From an uncultured Anaerolineales bacterium (GTDB lineage Bacteria > Chloroflexota > Anaerolineae > Anaerolineales > UBA11858), in NCBI GenBank assembly GCA_964621835.1, contig CAZUMA010000002.1, positions 92,392 to 156,391 of the forward strand: DNA of 64,000 nucleotides, in the 5' to 3' direction. A program made the position numbers and the translations under genes. Below the pieces are notes generated by a model that saw nothing but the letters and a program-made list of their open reading frames with translations, was not told the origin of the DNA and did no database searches. Shown in pieces: positions 37,729-47,063 of this stretch. How positions within the stretch are numbered: the first letter of the stretch is position 1; the number at the start of each line of letters is the position of its first letter.

Positions 37729-38439
37729 TCACTCATTTTCCCGTCGATAATCAACAAAGCGGTAGCCCACCCCGCGCTCAGTGAGGATGTATTTTGGATT
37801 GGAGGGATCCTCTTCCAGTTTTTTCCGGAGGTAATTAACATACAACCGGACGTAATGGGGTTCATCCTGGTACTCAAAACCCCAGACTTTCGTCAGCAGC
37901 TGTTCATGGGTGTTAACCCAGCCAGCGTTTTTGACCAGGTGATACAGCAAGCGGTACTCGGTGGGTCTCAGATCTACTTTCTCCCCTTCCACCCAGACTT
38001 CCCGGCGTGAAAAATCAATTTTCAGCCGATCATCTACCTCGATGATATCAATCTGATCTTCTTGAAAGGATTTGGTTCGGCGCAGCACGGCTTTAATACG
38101 GCTGACTAATTCTCGCGGGCTGAAGGGTTTGGTGATGTAATCATCCGCACCCAGTTCCAGGCCGCGAATCCGATCATCCTCTTCCCCCTTGGCGGTCAGC
38201 ATGATCACGGGCACGGTGCTGACCTCACGAATTTTTTCTAATACCTCAAAACCACTGATATCAGGCATCATGATATCCAGTAAGACCAGATCAGGGAGTT
38301 GGGTGCGCACCTGCTCCAGGGCTTCTTCTCCGTTGTAGGCGGTGATGACCTGAAACCCGTCCTGCTCCAGGTTCAGCTGGATAAATCGCACCATGCGCTT
38401 TTCGTCATCAACTACTAGTATTTTGTATTTTGAAGTCAT
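37729..38439 (-). CDS. OmpR/PhoB-type winged-helix response regulator
   Basis: Receiver domain (ILVVDDEKR, LVLLDIMMPDISG, MLTAKG, DDYITKPF) plus a winged helix (LRPTEYRLLYHL...YVNYLRKKLE...ILTERGVGYRF). Start at ATG 38439. Confidence 0.93.
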   Translation of the reverse strand: MTSKYKILVVDDEKRMVRFIQLNLEQDGFQVITAYNGEEALEQVRTQLPDLVLLDIMMPDISGFEVLEKIREVSTVPVIMLTAKGEEDDRIRGLELGADDYITKPFSPRELVSRIKAVLRRTKSFQEDQIDIIEVDDRLKIDFSRREVWVEGEKVDLRPTEYRLLYHLVKNAGWVNTHEQLLTKVWGFEYQDEPHYVRLYVNYLRKKLEEDPSNPKYILTERGVGYRFVDYRRENE

Positions 38440-38452
38440 CAATTTTTCCCAT

Positions 38453-38695
38453 TTACTCCCGCACAAAGCTGACAACCTCTTCCGCGGGTTCTCCCGGCAT
38501 GATTTCGATAAATGCGATATCATGCGTAGGCCAAATCACCGTGACGACATTGTGCTCCAGGAAAATCAAATCTTTTCCATCTCTCTGTCGGGGATTGTTT
38601 AATGTGATCAAGGAATCAGTCGGCCCTGGCATTTCTTCAATTTCTGCCACAATTGGTTCGGAATTCCGGACGTGTACAATGACTGACATGGACAT
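38453..38695 (-). CDS. Hypothetical 80-aa protein within the FHA/kinase operon
   Basis: ORF with 7-nt and 13-nt gaps to its neighbours on the same strand. I recognise no motif. Confidence 0.5.
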   Translation of the reverse strand: MSMSVIVHVRNSEPIVAEIEEMPGPTDSLITLNNPRQRDGKDLIFLEHNVVTVIWPTHDIAFIEIMPGEPAEEVVSFVRE

Positions 38696-38702
38696 ATCTT
38701 AT

Positions 38703-39227
38703 TTACCTTTTTAACTCTTTCGGCAGGATAACTTTGAGATTGAACTTTCCCAGTGTGATAATATCTCCATGGTTTAGAGGGACTTCTGAGTTGGCTGGTA
38801 TTTCATAGCCATTAACACGAGAGCCATTCGCAGACCCCAGATCAACCAGAAAGACCTTTTCCTTCTCCTGATCTCGCCGGATAGTTGCATGAAGGCGGGA
38901 AACTCCCTTATCATAAGCGTTGTACGAATTGAGGTCCACATCCGGGGTGATCACCTGTCCATCCACGAACCTTCCCAAAGTAAACTCATTCTGATCTGGG
39001 ATTTCGACAACCTTTTCTCCATCTGGATCATACAACAAAAATGATTTCTTTTCGAGAATTTCTTTTGGAATCGTGTTGGATAAATCTATTCCTATCCCTT
39101 GATTTTGAGACGGATAAACCAGGGTATCAACCTGCTCATCGGTGTGGTAGATCAGCTGTGAACCGCATTCACTGCAGAAGAAAGAACCATGATATTCTTG
39201 ATTTCCGCACACCTTGCATGAGATCAT
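38703..39227 (-). CDS. Zinc-ribbon + FHA domain protein
   Basis: N-terminal CKVCGN...CSECG ribbon. The FHA core is FTLGR...VSRLHATI...FLVDLGSANGSRVNG...GDIITLG. Confidence 0.9.
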   Translation of the reverse strand: MISCKVCGNQEYHGSFFCSECGSQLIYHTDEQVDTLVYPSQNQGIGIDLSNTIPKEILEKKSFLLYDPDGEKVVEIPDQNEFTLGRFVDGQVITPDVDLNSYNAYDKGVSRLHATIRRDQEKEKVFLVDLGSANGSRVNGYEIPANSEVPLNHGDIITLGKFNLKVILPKELKR

Positions 39228-39230
39228 ACA

Positions 39231-40682
39231 TTACCCCGGGAGTAGCAATCGCCGTGTCCCATATTTCAGCTCTTTTTTTCCATCCGGACTGAATGTGTGA
39301 TGAGATTTGATATATTCCGCCTCATTCATGGCGATTTTCGCCAAACCATTCTGTCCTTTTGCCATCAAGTGGGATGAGAGATTGATCAATCGCTGGTAAG
39401 CAGTGCCCGGGTTTCCCTCCGCCACATCCCGTTGGGCTTTTTCCTGCAGGCGGTAGAACATTAAATGTGAGATTGCCTGGAAGATCTCATTGGGAGGTTT
39501 TTCAGGTTCCTCATCCGTCTCGATGAGGGGCCTTTGCAGTGTAAACGGCAGGGTGAAGTGCCGCGGTTTCCTCTTGAGGGTAAACTCGCCGTTTCCAATG
39601 ATCACCTGATCAATTTTCGCAGGAACTGGTTCAACAAGAAATTCAAACAGCACCCGGTGGTGCTGATCCTTCTTCATCACCCCCAGTGAAAATTGCTCCT
39701 GGTGGGGGAGCGGCAATGCTTCCGGATAGATCCGAAAGGCAGAAAGCATCTCCACGCCTGGGGCGGGTTTCATTTCAAGGGAGATCTGACGGGCTGACGC
39801 TTTCTTTAGCGAAGCTACACTTTCCTCTAAGAATTCCTTGACAAGCGCGGGCTCTTTGATGAATTTACTCTCGCCGCCAGTGATTGCGCAGAGTTCATCC
39901 ACAAAATCATCATTCCACTCCACACCGATCCCTAACCCGCTCAAACCGATGTCCATCGATGCGCAGGACTCGGCCAGCGAAAAACAGTTCTCCTCATCAC
40001 CATAGGTGTGACCATCTGTAATGAGGATGATGTGGCTCAGGTACTCGTCGGATGATCTTTTATTGATTTCTTCAAATGCCAGTTCCAGACCCTGGTAGAT
40101 TTCTGTGCCCCCTTCAGCAAACAAGGTGTTTATGCTCGCTTCCACCTGAACAGGATCTGGATCCATTTGGCTGTCCAGGAGCACTTTGGCACGGTCATTG
40201 AAACTAACCACAGAAATGACATCCTCCGGGGATAAATCCCGGATGATTTCCTTGGTTGTGGCTTTGAGGATCTCCAGACGTGATCCTTTCATAGAGGTTG
40301 AGGTATCCAGCACCAAAGCGATGTTCAAGGGAAGATCAGTCAGGTTTTTATCCTCTTCGGGGGAAACCACATCGATCAAACAGAAGATCACCTGGGGCTC
40401 CTCCAGGTGGATCAAGTTCTCTGCGCTGTATTGAACGGTGAGATGGACATCAGCGGGGGAGGGGCGCGGCTCTCTGCCCTCGTCATAGGCTTGTCGTTTG
40501 TTGGGGTTGGAGAGGACCTGATATGCTTCCTGGATGCCGAGGAAAAGCTCTGTGGCACCGGATTGTTTATTGACATCAGGATGGGCTTGTTTGGCTGCCA
40601 GACGATAGGCCTTTTTGATGGCATCCTCTGAGGCACCTGTGTCTATGTTGAGCCGGGAATAGAAATCGGTTTTTTCGGGCAT
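39231..40682 (-). CDS. J-domain (DnaJ-like) + von Willebrand factor A (vWA) domain fusion protein
   Basis: J domain DFYSRLNI...AYRLAAKQAHPDVN...AYQVLSNPNKRQAYD with HPD intact. The vWA MIDAS is LVLDTSTSM, followed by VVSFND...ILITDGHT. Start at ATG 40682 (MPEKTDFY), 4 nt after the PP2C stop. Confidence 0.85.
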   Translation of the reverse strand: MPEKTDFYSRLNIDTGASEDAIKKAYRLAAKQAHPDVNKQSGATELFLGIQEAYQVLSNPNKRQAYDEGREPRPSPADVHLTVQYSAENLIHLEEPQVIFCLIDVVSPEEDKNLTDLPLNIALVLDTSTSMKGSRLEILKATTKEIIRDLSPEDVISVVSFNDRAKVLLDSQMDPDPVQVEASINTLFAEGGTEIYQGLELAFEEINKRSSDEYLSHIILITDGHTYGDEENCFSLAESCASMDIGLSGLGIGVEWNDDFVDELCAITGGESKFIKEPALVKEFLEESVASLKKASARQISLEMKPAPGVEMLSAFRIYPEALPLPHQEQFSLGVMKKDQHHRVLFEFLVEPVPAKIDQVIIGNGEFTLKRKPRHFTLPFTLQRPLIETDEEPEKPPNEIFQAISHLMFYRLQEKAQRDVAEGNPGTAYQRLINLSSHLMAKGQNGLAKIAMNEAEYIKSHHTFSPDGKKELKYGTRRLLLPG

Positions 40683-40686
40683 ACCC

Positions 40687-41628
40687 TCAATTTCGATCTG
40701 TGTTAATCCTGACAAGAATTGCTGAGATATTATCCGGTCCCCCCGCTTTATTGGCCGCATCAATCAGCTGATTGGTTGTTTCCTGGGCGCTGTGCCCAGA
40801 TTTGAGAATCTTGCTGATCTCCTGCCGATCCACGATGCTCCATAATCCATCAGAACAAACCAGCAGTGCTCCTTGATTGGGCCGGCTGGTGGAGATGATT
40901 TCTGGTTCAAAGGGTTCACCCTGCCCTAATGCGCGGTAGAGCACATTGCGTTGGGGGTGAACAGCAGCTTCCTCAGCCGTGATTTGCCCCAGTTCCTGGA
41001 GCCTTTTTACCAGGGAATGATCCCTGGTCAGGGCTTCCAGATTTCCCTCCGGATCAACCGCGTATACCCGGCTGTCTCCAACATGAGCGATGGTCATCTG
41101 CTCCCCGACAATCAGCACGGCGGTAATGGTCGTGCCCCCCCCATACGAATGCCTGACAATTTCTTCATTGGCCTGTTCAATGCTGGTTTCAAATAATTCC
41201 CGAAAGGAGTGTTCGCTGGGCTGTGGGTTCAAGCCCATCATCGGGCAGTAAATTTCCTGAAGAATGATGCTGGTGATCGTTCTGATTGCCAGTTCGCTGG
41301 CAATTTCCCCATTTTTGTGTCCTCCCATGCCATCCGCTACAATATAAAGCCCAAAGGGAGTTTCGGTTTCATTGTAGGAAAACATCGTTGTCAGGGTAAA
41401 AAATGCATCTTCATTATGGGTTCTCTGCCGGCCCGTGGAGAACCCGTACCCCACTTCGAAAAGGGGGGAGCTGTGCATTTCCTGGGAGGCCTTTGGCGGG
41501 AGGGGTGCTTTCTCCAATTCTTTCGTGGTGATCTCTGATTGGGAGACTGCACCCTCCTTTTTGATTGCAGGGCTTCCTGATGGGGGCTGGAAGAGGCTGG
41601 TAAAGGAGGATAACAATTTTTTTATCAT
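40687..41628 (-). CDS. PP2C-family Ser/Thr protein phosphatase
   Basis: NEDAFF, VADGMGGH, GGTTITAVL, GDSRVY, CSDGL and DNISAILV motifs. Confidence 0.93.
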   Translation of the reverse strand: MIKKLLSSFTSLFQPPSGSPAIKKEGAVSQSEITTKELEKAPLPPKASQEMHSSPLFEVGYGFSTGRQRTHNEDAFFTLTTMFSYNETETPFGLYIVADGMGGHKNGEIASELAIRTITSIILQEIYCPMMGLNPQPSEHSFRELFETSIEQANEEIVRHSYGGGTTITAVLIVGEQMTIAHVGDSRVYAVDPEGNLEALTRDHSLVKRLQELGQITAEEAAVHPQRNVLYRALGQGEPFEPEIISTSRPNQGALLVCSDGLWSIVDRQEISKILKSGHSAQETTNQLIDAANKAGGPDNISAILVRINTDRN

Positions 41629-41663
41629 CGTGGATTGTTCCGTGTGGTGGTTTGCGCTTGGGG

Positions 41664-43547
41664 TCAGGCCGGTAAAGCATATAATTTCTGATCCGATGAC
41701 CCTACATAGACAACATCATCGACAACTATTGGAGAACCAGTGATCGGACCTTCCGTTTGATACTTCCAACGCAAGCGACCACTTTTGGCCTGCAGGCTGT
41801 AGACAAAGCCATCTAAATTTCCAAAATACACCGACCCTTTATAATAGCAAGGTGAGCTGTTGATCTGGTTGTCAGTTGAATGGTCCCAGATTTTTTTGGA
41901 AGTTTTAATATTCAGGCAGTAAAGGTTATTATCCGTGGAGCCTGTGTAAACAAAGTTATCGTGCGTGGCGGGAGTAGTGATAGATCCATTTTCCATTCTG
42001 TAGCGCCAGATCACCCAACCGGTTTTTGCATCAATGGCATAAAGGAATGAATCCAGCGAGGTAATGTAAATGACATTTTTATGGTGGTGCGGAGAAGCGA
42101 GCACAGCCCGTTTTGCATTCGTGCGCCACTTGATATTTCCGCTGAAATCAAAGCATTGAATCTCCCCGTTTTCACTGCCGACATACACCAGGTCTCCTAC
42201 CACAAGCGGGCTGGAGCGGACCCTGGATCCCAAACTTACCCGCCAGGCTTCCCGGCCTGCCATCAGGTTCAGGACATGGAGATACTCATCATCAGAACCG
42301 ATAAACACGTGCTCCTCGGCTATACACGGGGAGGAATAGATCGGGCCGTCCGTTGACTGCACCCAGACCTTTTTCCCGTTGCGGATAGAGATAGCGTGCA
42401 CACAGGTGTCTGCGGATCCAAAATAGAGGTTGTTCTCGTGGATTGCTGGTTTGCTGACAATCCCCCCTTCCGCCGCGTATTTCCAGACAAACTTACCATT
42501 GGAAGCCTCAAGGGCGTACATGTTATGGTCATATGATCCAATGAAAATAATCCCATCCCGATAGTTTGGCGTGCCGCGAATTTCATCCTCGCATTTAAAT
42601 GTCCAGATTGGAGAGTGGCTTTGATCTTGAAAATACTGTGTCGCCTGGGCGACCGAGATTTCCTCGGTGAGCATCCCGGTTTGCTGCGCTAATCCCACCA
42701 GCGCTTTCCGCATGATCGCAGCTGAGTCAAATCGATCTTCAGGGTTGTACATCAGGGCTGTGTTGACCACGCTTTCCAATCCGGCGGACAGCTCAGGATT
42801 GGATTTCCGGAGTGGGCGTTCATCAAAAGTGAAAGGGGGTTCAGTACGGGGGTCCTGGTTTGACAGCAGGTGATGAAGGGTGGCTCCCAACGCATAAATG
42901 TCAACGCTGGGAGAAGCTTCCCCCCGATATTGTTCTGGGGGAGAGTATCCCTCAGTGCCGATCATGGTTCCTTTCGCCCCGGACTGAAACGTCTTTGCAA
43001 TCCCAAAGTCTACGAGGCGAACCTGGTTGCGGCGGTTGATCATGATATTTGCTGGCTTGATATCGCGGAAGATGATTGGTTCGGGTTCGTGCGTGTGCAG
43101 GTAATCCAGGACATCACAAAGGGCAATTGCCCAGCTGATGACCAAATCTTCTGGAAAAGGGGATTTTCGCTGCTTGAGACGGATCTCCAGGTTGTCCCCA
43201 TCAATAAATTCCATCACAAGATAGGAACGGGAGCCAAGGGTGAAGTAGTCATAGATCGTTGGGATGGATGGATGACTGACCGTGGCAAGGATGTTCGCTT
43301 CCCGTTCAAAATTCTCAACGATTGTAGAGCGAATATTTGGATCTGACGCCTGGTTGATCATCTCCTTCACAGCCACAATTTTTTCAACATGAAACCGCAG
43401 ATCTTGGGCCTGATAAACTGCCCCCATCCCCCCCCGGCCTACCGTGGAGAGAATTTTGTACCGACCCTCCAGCTTGATTCCAGGCTGCAGGTACTCAAGA
43501 GGTTTGGAACTCTCATCAAGTTTTTGGGTGATCTTCCGGGTTTCCAG
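41664..43547 (-). CDS. Hanks-type Ser/Thr protein kinase fused to a PQQ-like beta-propeller; probable CTG start
   Basis: Kinase motifs VAVKEM, FRDIKPAN, DFG and SPE, then at least 7 PQQ-like repeats (YALEASNGKFVWKY...). The first ATG (43427) lies inside the glycine loop GRGGMGAV. The frame is open upstream to a stop at 43575-43577. GGAGG lies 6 nt before an in-frame CTG at 43545-43547. Confidence 0.85.
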   Translation of the reverse strand: METRKITQKLDESSKPLEYLQPGIKLEGRYKILSTVGRGGMGAVYQAQDLRFHVEKIVAVKEMINQASDPNIRSTIVENFEREANILATVSHPSIPTIYDYFTLGSRSYLVMEFIDGDNLEIRLKQRKSPFPEDLVISWAIALCDVLDYLHTHEPEPIIFRDIKPANIMINRRNQVRLVDFGIAKTFQSGAKGTMIGTEGYSPPEQYRGEASPSVDIYALGATLHHLLSNQDPRTEPPFTFDERPLRKSNPELSAGLESVVNTALMYNPEDRFDSAAIMRKALVGLAQQTGMLTEEISVAQATQYFQDQSHSPIWTFKCEDEIRGTPNYRDGIIFIGSYDHNMYALEASNGKFVWKYAAEGGIVSKPAIHENNLYFGSADTCVHAISIRNGKKVWVQSTDGPIYSSPCIAEEHVFIGSDDEYLHVLNLMAGREAWRVSLGSRVRSSPLVVGDLVYVGSENGEIQCFDFSGNIKWRTNAKRAVLASPHHHKNVIYITSLDSFLYAIDAKTGWVIWRYRMENGSITTPATHDNFVYTGSTDNNLYCLNIKTSKKIWDHSTDNQINSSPCYYKGSVYFGNLDGFVYSLQAKSGRLRWKYQTEGPITGSPIVVDDVVYVGSSDQKLYALPA

Positions 43548-43626
43548 ATAACACCTCCCCGCTTTGGATAACTCCTACCTATTATATACCTTATCTACCC
43601 TGTCCAGGAGGTCCGAAACGAATAAC

Positions 43627-43641
43627 TGATAAATTTTATCA
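43627..43641. promoter_or_regulatory. 15-bp perfect palindrome TGATAAA-T-TTTATCA (Fur-family 7-1-7 box-like) in the divergent kinase-operon/purB intergenic region
   Basis: Read directly. Each half matches 6 of 7 positions of the TGATAAT-N-ATTATCA consensus as I remember it. Confidence 0.3.
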
Positions 43642-43773
43642 TATCTCCCTCTTGAAGCCCCCTTTCCAAGGAGCCCTGATTCTGATCTCAAATCCATCTG
43701 AAAATTCCTCGCAGGGATAGAAACGCTTGGTACACTATAGCAAAGGGAATATCATGGGTTGGCGGGAGGAAGT

Positions 43774-45180
43774 ATGGATGCGTTTGAGAGTTATCAATCC
43801 CCATTTTCTTGGCGGTATGGGTCCCCGGAAATGCGCGAGATTTGGGGGGAAAACAACCGACGCCGGTTGTGGCGGAAAATCTGGGTTGCTCTAGCAGAGG
43901 TTCAATCCGGCTTTGGGCTGGTCCGCAAGGAGCAGCTCCTGGACCTGAAAAAACATCAGGATGCCATCGATCTCTCTCGTTCCCTGGAAATTGAGTCTGA
44001 AATTCACCATGATTTGATGGCGGAGCTCACCGTCTTTGCAGAACAGTGTCCGCAAGGAGCAGGCATCCTGCATCTTGGAGCCACCTCCATGGATATCAAG
44101 GACAATGCCCTGGTGCTGCAGATGCAAGAAGCCCTGCAATTAATCCAGGATCGCCTCAAGGATCTTCTGGAAAGCTTTCTCCGCCAGATAGATCTGGCTG
44201 CAGGTATTCCAATCATCGCGTTCACGCATTTGCAACCCGCAGAACCGACCACCCTGGGGTATCGCCTGGCGGGGTATGCTCAGGATCTGCTGGATCTCTA
44301 CCAATTGATCGATGAGTTCCGCCAGTCTCTAAAGGGGAAGGGGTTTACCGGCGCAGTCGGGACCAGCGCCTCCTTTGCTGCTTTGCTCGGTCGGGAGCAG
44401 CTGCCAGAATTCCAGCGCAGGATGGAGGAAAAATTGGCTCTTCCCTCATTCCCGATTGTCAGCCAGACCTATCCAAGGCGTCAGGATCTCGTGCTCCTGA
44501 ACCACCTTTCGGGGCTGGGGGCCGTGCTGTACAAATTTGCTTTTGATCTTCGCTTTCTGCAGTCACCGATGATCGGAGAGCTGGCTGAACCTTTTGGGGA
44601 AAGCCAGGTCGGATCCTCGGCCATGCCCTTCAAGAAAAATCCCATCCAGTCGGAAAAAATCAACTCCCTGGGTCGCTGGTTGGCTCAGATGCCCCGGGCT
44701 GCCTGGGACAATGCTGCCCACTCCCTCCTGGAACGCACCTTGGACGACAGCGCCAACCGGCGGACACTGATCCCGGAAGCTTTCCTGATCACAGATGAAC
44801 TCCTGATTGTTTCCAGGGGAATCCTGGTCGATTTGGTGGTCTTTGAAGAAAGAATCCAGGAAAATTTTTCTGAGTATGCACCTTTTGCAGCCCTGGAACC
44901 GATCCTGATGGCCCTGTCCAAAGCGGGGGCAAACCGCCAGGAGATGCATGCGCTTCTACAGCGCCATGCCTATGCTGCCTGGTCAGCCATCCAGCAGGGA
45001 AGGCCGAATCCACTGCAGCAGCTCTTGAGGGAGGATGCGCGCATCCAATCCTTCCTTCCAGAAGATCAGCTGCTGGAATACCTGAAGGTGAGTGAATACC
45101 TTGGAGATGCTGCCAGGCGGGTAGAGGACTTCCTGAAGAAAGCCAGAAGCGTCCTCCGGGTTGGAAGAATTCAGCAATAA
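43774..45180 (+). CDS. purB: Adenylosuccinate lyase
   Basis: YQSPFSWRYGSPEM N-terminus, HLGATSMDI and the fumarate-lyase signature GSSAMPFKKNP. ATG 43774 (GGGAGGA upstream) is preferred over TTG 43759. Confidence 0.95.
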   Translation: MDAFESYQSPFSWRYGSPEMREIWGENNRRRLWRKIWVALAEVQSGFGLVRKEQLLDLKKHQDAIDLSRSLEIESEIHHDLMAELTVFAEQCPQGAGILHLGATSMDIKDNALVLQMQEALQLIQDRLKDLLESFLRQIDLAAGIPIIAFTHLQPAEPTTLGYRLAGYAQDLLDLYQLIDEFRQSLKGKGFTGAVGTSASFAALLGREQLPEFQRRMEEKLALPSFPIVSQTYPRRQDLVLLNHLSGLGAVLYKFAFDLRFLQSPMIGELAEPFGESQVGSSAMPFKKNPIQSEKINSLGRWLAQMPRAAWDNAAHSLLERTLDDSANRRTLIPEAFLITDELLIVSRGILVDLVVFEERIQENFSEYAPFAALEPILMALSKAGANRQEMHALLQRHAYAAWSAIQQGRPNPLQQLLREDARIQSFLPEDQLLEYLKVSEYLGDAARRVEDFLKKARSVLRVGRIQQ

Positions 45181-45181
45181 T

Positions 45182-45217
45182 AATGCCGGCGGTGTAGAAT
45201 CCGCCGGCATTTTGGTT
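45182..45217 (+). terminator. Rho-independent terminator after purB (AATGCCGGCGG-N8-CCGCCGGCATT + TTTGGTT)
   Basis: 11-bp perfect stem read directly. It lies between convergent purB and the aldo/keto reductase gene. Confidence 0.75.
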
Positions 45218-45225
45218 GTCGCCCG

Positions 45226-46218
45226 TTATCGGTGATCGGTGGGAGGAGCTGGTTTGTTGTCCAGGATCTCCTCAATCCGGGTTAACACCGCTGGTGTGAG
45301 ATGACCAACCACCTGCATCGCCCCCATGTTTTCTTTCACCTGGGATGGTTTGGAAGCGCCGGTGATCACCGTACTGACATCCGGGTTTTTAAGGCACCAG
45401 GCCAGCGCTAACTGGGCCATGGAACAATTCAGCTCTTCGGCAATCTCCATCAGCCTGCCTACTTTGTTGATCTGCTCCTCAGCTTCGGGATTTGTAAACC
45501 GGTCGCGGAGCCATTCATATCCCTCCAAATCCGCCCGGGACCCTTCGGGAATTCCCTGGTTGTATTTCCCGGTCAGCAATCCGCTGGCCAGTGGACTCCA
45601 AATGGTAGTTCCCAATCCGATTTCGCTGTAGAGCGGCCGATATTCAGATTCAACCCGTTCCCGGTGAAACATATTGTACTGGGGCTGTTCCATCAAGGGG
45701 GGGATCAGATGTTCCCGCCTGGCGATTCCATATGCTTCTGTGATCTGCTGGGCAGACCATTCGCTGGTTCCCCAGTAAAATGCTTTTCCCTGGTTGATGA
45801 TATGATTCATCGCCCGGACAGTCTCTTCCATGGGGGTGTGGATGTCCGGTCTATGGGCAAACAGAAGATCAACATAGGAAAGCTGCATTCTCTCCAAGGA
45901 GTCATTGACCCCTTCGATGATATGTTTATAAGATAAACCGCGATCGTTGGGACCCTCCCCACCCCAAAAGATTTTGGTGGATAGCACAAGGTCTTTCCTT
46001 TCCCAGCCTGCACGTTTGATCACTTTCCCCATGATGATTTCCGCAGTTCCATCATTATAGACCTCTGCGTTGTCAAAAAAATTGACCCCGGCCTCATAGG
46101 CAATCGTCATCATCTCCAGGGCCTGGTCAACATCCGCCTGGGAACCGAATGTCACCCAGGAACCAAATGATAGTGCTGAAACCTTTAATCCTGATTTTCC
46201 AAGGTATCGGTATTCCAT
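45226..46218 (-). CDS. Aldo/keto reductase (Kv-beta-like subfamily)
   Basis: [26 protein letters not shown], and HRPD...EWS motifs. Start at ATG 46218 (GGGAGGA upstream). Confidence 0.9.
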   Translation of the reverse strand: MEYRYLGKSGLKVSALSFGSWVTFGSQADVDQALEMMTIAYEAGVNFFDNAEVYNDGTAEIIMGKVIKRAGWERKDLVLSTKIFWGGEGPNDRGLSYKHIIEGVNDSLERMQLSYVDLLFAHRPDIHTPMEETVRAMNHIINQGKAFYWGTSEWSAQQITEAYGIARREHLIPPLMEQPQYNMFHRERVESEYRPLYSEIGLGTTIWSPLASGLLTGKYNQGIPEGSRADLEGYEWLRDRFTNPEAEEQINKVGRLMEIAEELNCSMAQLALAWCLKNPDVSTVITGASKPSQVKENMGAMQVVGHLTPAVLTRIEEILDNKPAPPTDHR

Positions 46219-46229
46219 GTTTCCTCCCG

Positions 46230-47018
46230 TCAATCGCTTATTTTTCGCTGGATTCTCTCTCTTGCAAACTCCATCACTTCCTGAGAGGTGCCAGCAAGGA
46301 TGGAGTAGTTGAAATTATTATAGTCCAGGCCAACTTGGGCAGGAAAGGGAGCTGGATCGTGAAAGGTCTCAATCTTTCCACCCGATTCCCTGACCACCAA
46401 CCATCCCGCCGCCAGATCCCATAATTTGGCTCTGCTCTCAAAGGCCAGGACGGCAGTACCTTTGGCAACCAGGCAAAGGTGGTAAGCCGAAGAACCGAGG
46501 GATCGGGTTTTATAGGGCAGAGAGGTTTGATAGCGATGGTGCATCCGGGAGCAATGGACAAAAAATGAAAACCGCGGGGGGTGATTGGAATGATCCATCC
46601 GCAGCGGCTGACCATTCAGGAAAGCCCCTCCAGCGCTGGATGCGGTATAGTGCTCTCCGGAAATCGGGAAGTACAGGGACCCATACTGTGGAACGCCTTG
46701 GATAAAATAGGCGATCGAGACCCCCCAGTGGTGCAGGCCCTGCGTAAAATTTGTGGTCCCATCAAGGGGATCAATCACCCAGACAATATCCTGGGATGGG
46801 TAAACCGTGATCTCTTCCTCACTGACAATTCCATCCTCCGGGAATTCCATTTTGATCGCGCGGGTGATGGATGCACTCGCAGCCCGGTCAGCCTCTGTGA
46901 CCAGGGTCCGATCGGATTTGATGTCAAATTCAGGGTCGCGATGGTGAAAGGAATTTAACAGGCTTTCCCCCACTGTTTTTGCCAGTTCATTTGCAAGTTC
47001 TGCTCGATTAGCAGCCAT
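46230..47018 (-). CDS. Inositol monophosphatase / FIG-family phosphatase
   Basis: [17 protein letters not shown], and a WDLAAG-like C-terminal motif. Confidence 0.9.
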   Translation of the reverse strand: MAANRAELANELAKTVGESLLNSFHHRDPEFDIKSDRTLVTEADRAASASITRAIKMEFPEDGIVSEEEITVYPSQDIVWVIDPLDGTTNFTQGLHHWGVSIAYFIQGVPQYGSLYFPISGEHYTASSAGGAFLNGQPLRMDHSNHPPRFSFFVHCSRMHHRYQTSLPYKTRSLGSSAYHLCLVAKGTAVLAFESRAKLWDLAAGWLVVRESGGKIETFHDPAPFPAQVGLDYNNFNYSILAGTSQEVMEFARERIQRKISD

Positions 47019-47063
47019 CGTTGCGTCCTGTTTGTGGAGCGTAGTAGTGAGAGAAGTGTTCCT

